Assembly (NCBI RefSeq): GCF_009914755.1
Contig: NC_060929.1
DNA from: the human T2T-CHM13v2.0 reference genome, Homo sapiens
DNA: 64,000 bases
Strand: one strand, 5' to 3'
Below are positions 57,501 to 64,000 of the stretch, in pieces. Below the pieces are notes generated by a model. It was not told the DNA's origin and searched no databases. It saw only the letters and a program-made list of their open reading frames with translations. Each line of letters starts with the position of its first letter. The stretch's first letter is position 1. Made by a program: the position numbers and the translations under genes.

Positions 57501-57867
57501 TTATGTGTAAAACACAAGGCAAACAAGTCATAGATGAGGCTGTATAGGTTAACAGGAACAGATAACATAGGACCTTGAAAAAGAGCGTGGATTTCACAAT
57601 GTAGGTAATTGAAAACCATTAATTTTGAACAGCAGAGTTACATGTTCAAAACTGGATCTTTGAAAGGTCCCTTGGAACAATGAGTAGGGTAGATAGAGAC
57701 AAAGGGACAGGAGGAAGAATGGTAGGGAGATTCTTAACAATAAATAGCCAAGGAGAGAAACGGTGGAGGTGAAGATATTATTGTTAATGATGCCTCTGTG
57801 AACGAGGTGGATGATATGGTCTGGCTGATGGTTCAGTAAATAAATTACTGTCTTTCCAAATGGTGGC

Positions 57868-58340
57868 CATTATGGGCTAAATTGTATCTTCCAAAAAGAT
57901 GGGTTGAAGCCCTAAACCCCAAAGCTTGTGAAAGTGACCATTTGGAAACAGGGTCTTTGCATATGTAATTAAGTTAAGATGAGGTTGTATTGTTACTGGT
58001 TGTACTGGGTTAGGGCGCACCCTAACCCAATGACTGGTGTTCTTACACAAAGAGAAAAATATGGACACAGAGACATACAAGGAGAATGCCAAATTATGAC
58101 AGAGGCAGAGACTGGACTGATACATCTATAAGCCAAGAAATGCCAATGATTGACAGCAACTACCAGAAACTAGGAGAGGCAATGAAGGATCCTCCCACGG
58201 AGTCCTCAGAGAGATCATGGCCCCACTGACATCTGGATTTCAGACTTTTAGCTTCCAGAATGGTGAGAGAATAAATGTATGTTGTTCTAAGCCACCAAGT
58301 TTGTGGTACATTGTTATGGCAGCCCTGGGAAATTAATATG
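57868..58340 (+). mobile_element. MLT1C-like MaLR LTR
   Basis: ttatgggctaaattgt...tttggaaacagggtctttgc...aagccaagaaatgccaa...ccagaatggtgagagaataaa...aagccaccaagtttgtggt. Confidence 0.88.
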
Positions 58341-58427
58341 GTCATAGTCACACGTGGAGAAAAAAAACTCAGTCAACACTTCCTGGTAGTTCCGATGATG
58401 CTCTACCTATTAAGAAGTGCCCCCATA

Positions 58428-58865
58428 GAGTGGATACTGGGGTGTACCACTCAGATCTTCCTTTCAGGACAAAGACTCTCATTACGCCCTTACCCCACCC
58501 TTGAGTGTTTGCTGCTGAGAGCTCATAGTTGTGTCCCTCTCCATGAATTGCCCTCAGTTGAAAAGAGCTGTTTCATCCCATATCTTCTCATTTTCTCTAT
58601 ATCTAGCCTATATCTATATACTTGTTCATGTGGGGGTAAAAGGACCCCTTGACTCCATTCAGGACATCTCTACAGGGCCATTTCAGCGCCTGAGCTCCTC
58701 TTGAGCTCACCTGAAGTCTCTATTGTAATTGCATCACATCTCAACTTCCCTCTCAGAACAATCCAGCTTGCCTCACTTCCTTGCAAATTTGCCCCTAAGG
58801 GCAATATACTTCTTGCACACAAACCTTTATCTCAGAATCTTCCTCCAGGGACCTGAACCTACCCC
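58428..58865 (+). mobile_element. LTR16-family ERVL LTR
   Basis: gctgctgagagctcatag...gaattgccctcag...cagggccatttcagc...ttgcacacaaacctttatctcagaatct. Confidence 0.6.
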
Positions 58866-59554
58866 GCAACATTATTCCCAACCTCACAAATGAAATATTA
58901 GCCTGAGATTAGCCTTAATCTCAGATTTGCATCTGTAAGAACCTGGGATGCATTCTTGGATAATAACCCAAAGGTATACAAATTAAAGAAAAAGTCCCTC
59001 TACAAAGGTAAACTTCCATACAATTTTTCAAAACTCTGATATGAAAATAAATCTGATTCTTCATTAAGAAAATATTAGAAAATTCATGCTACACTCTAGC
59101 CTAGGGCATGGAGTAATCCTGAAAGCCATAATATTTTATCCCTCTGAGCCACTGCCATTAGCAAACATCATCATAATCAATTGCAGACTCATGGAGAGAT
59201 TGTGACTCAGGCCAACCTGAGGAGCTGAAGAAACTGGTATTTATAATGATAATGAAAACCAGACTGGTGAGAATGAAAATAAGAAAAAGTTTAGTAAAGT
59301 TCCAGAGACAAATAGAATTTGAACCACATAAGGAACTAGAGACAGAAAGATATGAAGAAATGTATTAGCTCTATTCATCTGGACTGAGTCACCAAAACTC
59401 TTTATCAACAGGAATTTGATTCTAGGGCAAGAGTCAAAGGATATAAAGAGGAAGCCAAAGTCAGGACTTGTCCTTTTAATTTTAAGGATCCAAGTATCTT
59501 CATACACACTCAACCCTAATTGGTTATAATTACAACATGCAGAACTATAATTGT

Positions 59555-59820
59555 CAAAACTGTTTGTCTAGGACTCAATATGTCAGGAATTATGCTAAAT
59601 ACTTTCCATGGATTCAGTCACTTATGTCTCACAGGACCCTATGATTTGGGTTATATTATTGTTCTTATTTTGCAGAGAGAGTAAATGAAGCAGAGAGGAA
59701 GGTAGAGCAACTTGCTCAAGGTCTTGCTCCACTCCCCAGATCCTACTAGTAATGATAGAAATTGGAGTTGGATCTTGGGGCAGCCAGGCTCCTAAGATCT
59801 TCCTCTTAACTCCCACATTT
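59555..59820 (-). mobile_element. MIR
   Basis: attattgttcttattttgcagagagagtaaatgaagcagagagg...caacttgctcaaggtc. Confidence 0.65.
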
Positions 59821-60229
59821 TACTCACTCAGAAATAGCTCTCTCTAATCCTTTTTCTCCACACTATTTTTATCTTCTTTTCATCTGGCTTCTACGTACAA
59901 TTCCTTACTGATTTATCTTCCTCTTTCTTTCTCCTTTCCATCCATCTTAGGGTTTGAGAGAGTCTATACAGAAAGTCCCCCTTTTCCCCACCAAGTCAGA
60001 AACCCAGTAAACAAGAAATATATCCACGAGTCAGATGCAGATGATTATATCAGCTTTGTTCCTGATAAAACCTAGGTTGCAAAACAAGGCTTAGACCTGG
60101 GGGCAAGCAGGTTGACAATAATCTTCTGAATTGCATTTACCCTCAAAACTGCAGGGTAAATAGTAAGAGGGAAGTCTTTCCTGTTAATATCTCCCCAAAG
60201 CAGACATCAGATAAAGATTTTCCCTTCTT

Positions 60230-60566
60230 AACCAGGCACGATGGCTCATGCCTGTAATCCCAGCTCTTTGGGAGGCTGAGACAGGCAGTTCACCTGAGGT
60301 TAGAAGTTCAAGACCAGCCTGGCCAAACTGGTGAAGCCCTGTCTCTACTAAAAATACAGAAAAAAATAATTAGCCAGGTGTGGTGATGCACACCTGTAGT
60401 CCCAGCTACTCAGGAGGATGAGGTGGGAGGATCACTTGAACTCACAAGGCTGTGCATCTCTGGGAAAAGCCACCTAACATGTATGAGCTCAGTCACATTG
60501 TGCCACTGCACTCCAGCCTGGAGGACAGAGCAAAACTCCATCTCAAAACAAACAAACAAACAAAAA
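60230..60566 (+). mobile_element. AluS carrying a foreign 42-bp insert; (CAAA)n tail
   Basis: TSD aaagattttcccttct (60213-60228) / aaagattgtcccttct (60564-60579); non-Alu block at 60450-60491. Confidence 0.92.
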
Positions 60567-60809
60567 GATTGTCCCTTCTCTGTAGGCAGACAGATCTGAA
60601 AAGCAGTAAAAGAGAAAAAACTTCTACCAGGAGGCAAGGAAATCAGTGCTCTTCTCTAGCCCACTTCCATGTAACTTCACTTTTGACCATGTCTTTTCCA
60701 CTTACAAGCCTTGACTTGTCCACCTATCCCTTCAAGATCAAATTCAAGCTCCCTAGTGAGATATTGGAGGCCCTTCCTCCCTGTGGTCATCACTCGAGCT
60801 ATTCACTAA

Positions 60810-61171
60810 TGTTTCTAGCTCCTCTCCTTCTGGGCCTATGAGAGAACTGTACTTCAAGATCATGTACTTCAGGTCATGTGGCTGGCTTTGTCCAAAGAAA
60901 TGTGAACAGAAGTGACATGTGTCACTTCCAGGTGGAATCCTATAAGGGCCAATTCCTTCGTCACTTTCCTGTCCCCTTGCCATAGGGAATGACGAAGATC
61001 CAGGTGGTAGACGGACCATCACCCTGAGTCAGGACAACACAGAGCAGAGCTCCCATTGACCCGTGATGGATCTGCAGCACGGGAGAGAAATGGACATCTG
61101 TTGTTTCTAGCCACCGAGCTTTCAAGACTGTTTGTTACTGCGGTATGGCCTAACTCACCCTGACCTATGCA
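60810..61171 (+). mobile_element. MLT1H/I/J-like MaLR LTR
   Basis: gaaatgtgaacagaagtgacatgtgtcacttccagg...gtttgttactgcggtatggcctaactcaccctgac. Confidence 0.7.
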
Positions 61172-61529
61172 CTCACAACCTCCCAATTCCTTTTCCACGT
61201 GCTACAATTTCTAAACACACAGAGTGACTTCTCACCTCCAGGCTTTGGCTCATAATTTACCTCCATTCACATGCCCTCCAACATCCAACCAACCTCCAAC
61301 ACCTCCTCCAAACCCAGATCAAGTATCACCTCCTCCGTGATGGATCCTGTGTCTCCTGGAGACAGAAGTCAATGTTCTCTCCTTTGGACGCAGCTCAGAA
61401 AACACTTAAGAATGACTGAGTTGGGGAGGTTTCTGACCAGAGCAACTGAGTGGAAGTCTATGAGCAGAAGTGACTTGTCTGCTATCTTTTACTAGATTAA
61501 GGATCCTCAGGCTGAGTAAGCTTGTATTC

Positions 61530-61846
<317 letters not shown>

Positions 61847-62250
61847 AGCCATTTCTTTTTCATTCCAGGCAATGTCAATTCTCCCTGCAGAGTGAGCAGG
61901 AGCATGTTAACCACAGTCTCTCCACACTGCAGGGCGCCAAGCTTGCCTTTAGCCCAAGGGAGGGACTTGGTATTTTCCTCAAGGCATTCAGTGCATGTGC
62001 CAAGTATTTTGCTTCACGAGCCAGGGAGGAGCCACAGAGGCAGCAGCAGAAGGGGAAGAGGAGGCACACGGTACGGCATATGGTGTCAGTGGCACCTTGC
62101 CAGGGATGGCAGCACTTACACGTTGGCCATGGGCAGAACTTGGAGAACAAATTACACTTCTCCCTTTGGGGAAGGAGACAAAATGAGACTGGGGTGTTGT
62201 GCCAAGACGACAGTGAAGTGCTAAATATAGATGGGCCCTTCTGTCTTGAG

Positions 62251-62429
62251 CAGTGGATCTCAACTCTGACCAGACATTAAAAATTACCTGGAGAGCCTTA
62301 AAATATTTCAGTGTCTAGGCAGCATTCCAGACTAGCTAGATCAGACTCCCTGGGGGCGGGGCCCAGACATCAGTATTTTTTCAGAACTCCCTATATGATT
62401 CATGGGCAGCGGAGCTTACAAACCCACTC
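62251..62429. mobile_element. MER5-family hAT MITE
   Basis: cagtggatctcaac...attacctggagagcctt...tcagactccctgggggcggggcccagacatcagtatttttt. Confidence 0.75.
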
Positions 62430-63015
62430 TGGAGCACAGCGTTATCTGGTCTTTCCAGCAGACCTCAGGAGGCGGATGGCAAGAGTGCATGGTTTATTCT
62501 GCTTTATGTCTCATATCCTTGCACTACCTATATTCTATAAAATTGGGATTTTATAGTCAGGGAGAAAGGAGTTAGTATTTTCTGAGTGCCCCCTATGTGG
62601 GAGACTTTGGTAGTATATCCCTTACACACACTGTTCCATTTCATTATCACATCGATCCCATGGAATGGCCACCCCCTTTGAGAAATGAGAAAGCTGAGGT
62701 TTAAAGAAGTGAAATCACATTCACACAGTTAACAGGCAGCAGTCGGGATTCAGTTCAAGCTCCCTTTGCTTCTACATCACTGCTTTTCAAACTACTGTGG
62801 TATTTGAGGTGCTGCAAACATTTGATTCAAGTAGCATTTTAAATGTACATCTATAATTTCTAAAGCCATAACATAGAAAAGCACACACAAAATTGTCTCA
62901 TATACCACCCTGCGGCACGCTAGAGTCTTCAGTGTATTGCTGTGCACATCTGTGTTAACTCATGCCTGTGCGGGCCCCTGAGGAAGAATTATCTTACCAC
63001 CTCTGTATTTACCAT

Positions 63016-63368
63016 TGTATCTGTCCGTTTTCATGCTGCTATGAAGAACTACTGAAGACTGGGTAACTTATAAAGGAAAGAGGTTCAATTGACTCACAGT
63101 TCTGCATGGCTGGGGATCCCTCAGGAAGCTTACAATCACAGCCGAAGGTACCTCTTCACAGGGTGGCAGGAGAGAAAATGAGTGCCAGCAGGGGAAATGC
63201 CAAACGCTTATAAAACCATCAGATCTCCAGAGAACTCACTCATTATCAGGAGAACAGCATGAGGGAAACCGCCCCCATGATCCAATCGCTTCCCATCTGG
63301 TCCCTCCCACAACACGTGGGGATTATGGGAACTACAATTCAAGATGAGATTTGGGTGGGGACCAGCCA
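63016..63368 (-). mobile_element. THE1 (C/D-like) MaLR LTR
   Basis: gactcacagttctgcatggctgggga...tataaaaccatcagatctc...caattcaagatgagatttgggtgggg. Confidence 0.9.
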
Positions 63369-63421
63369 TGAACATCTAGAAAATGGGTAAGCTGATTAGA
63401 ATGATTGAAAGTGGTCTTTAT

Positions 63422-63740
63422 GGCTGTGCACGGTGGCTCATGTCTGTACTTCTAGCACTTTGGGAGGCCAAGGTGGGAGGATTGCTTGACCCAAGAGCTC
63501 GAGACCAGCCTGGGCACCTAACTAGACCCTGTCTCTACAAAAATGAAAAATAAGAAACGTAGCCAGATGTGGTGGCACACGCCTGTAATCGTAGCTACTC
63601 AGGAGGCTGAGGCAGGAGGATCACTTGAGCCCAGAAGTTAGAAGCTGTAGTGAGCTGTGATCATGCCACTGCACCCCAACCTGGTGACGAAGTCTCAAAA
63701 AAGAGACTCTGTCTCAAAAAAAAAAAATAAAAATAAAAAA
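63422..63740 (+). mobile_element. AluJ
   Basis: ggaggattgcttga, ccagcctgggca, tctctacaaaaa, gtagtgagctgtgatcatgcc J features; A-rich tail. Confidence 0.9.
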
Positions 63741-64000
63741 GCTCTTAAAAAATCAGGCATGGGCATGTGTATTCACATAAAATTGTTCAAGCCAGTGTAT
63801 TATGGCAAGATATGTGCCTGGCATCGTTGCACAAAAACTGAGTTAGGCCAGCTCAGTGCAAGGGCTCATCAGGTGTCAAACTAGGTAAATACTCACAAGG
63901 CACAACACAGCCTTGCCCTTTTACAATGACGATGGGGTTTCAGTGAGTTTCAGGGCTTCTGTAATGTGACTAAGCTCTGACGGGCAGGTCACAGCGTTAC

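Noticed and set aside
60910-60929. Palindrome gaagtgaca-tg-tgtcacttc
   Set aside because: As recalled, an intrinsic part of the MLT1 LTR consensus.

Overview
Primate (human-like) non-coding genomic DNA, intergenic or deep-intronic. I find no credible protein-coding exon, RNA gene, CpG island or prokaryote-type system. The ORFs in the track come from repeats, low-complexity tracts or chance. The window is a mosaic of interspersed repeats: 14 Alus (J/S/Y), L1s from L1ME/MC/MB/MA to L1PA3/4 including a ~7.5 kb L1 nest at 35.9-43.4 kb, many MIR and L2 relics, MaLR/ERV LTRs (MER21, MST, MLT1, THE1, LTR16, MER90-like), hAT MITEs (MER5, MER63, MER81, MER94, MER113) and microsatellites. Subfamily names come from recalled consensus motifs and need RepeatMasker/Dfam confirmation. 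The notable signals are small mechanistic fossils. (1) A 42-bp piece of a MIR at 54.4 kb is copied into an Alu 6 kb away. (2) A twin-primed (inverted) L1PA3/4 insertion carries a tiny 3' transduction. (3) A second L1PA3 has a short 3' transduction. (4) A candidate recursive AG|GT splice site lies in unique DNA. (5) An L1MB has two large ORF2 deletions. (6) There are old local duplications. None amounts to a demonstrably new biological system.
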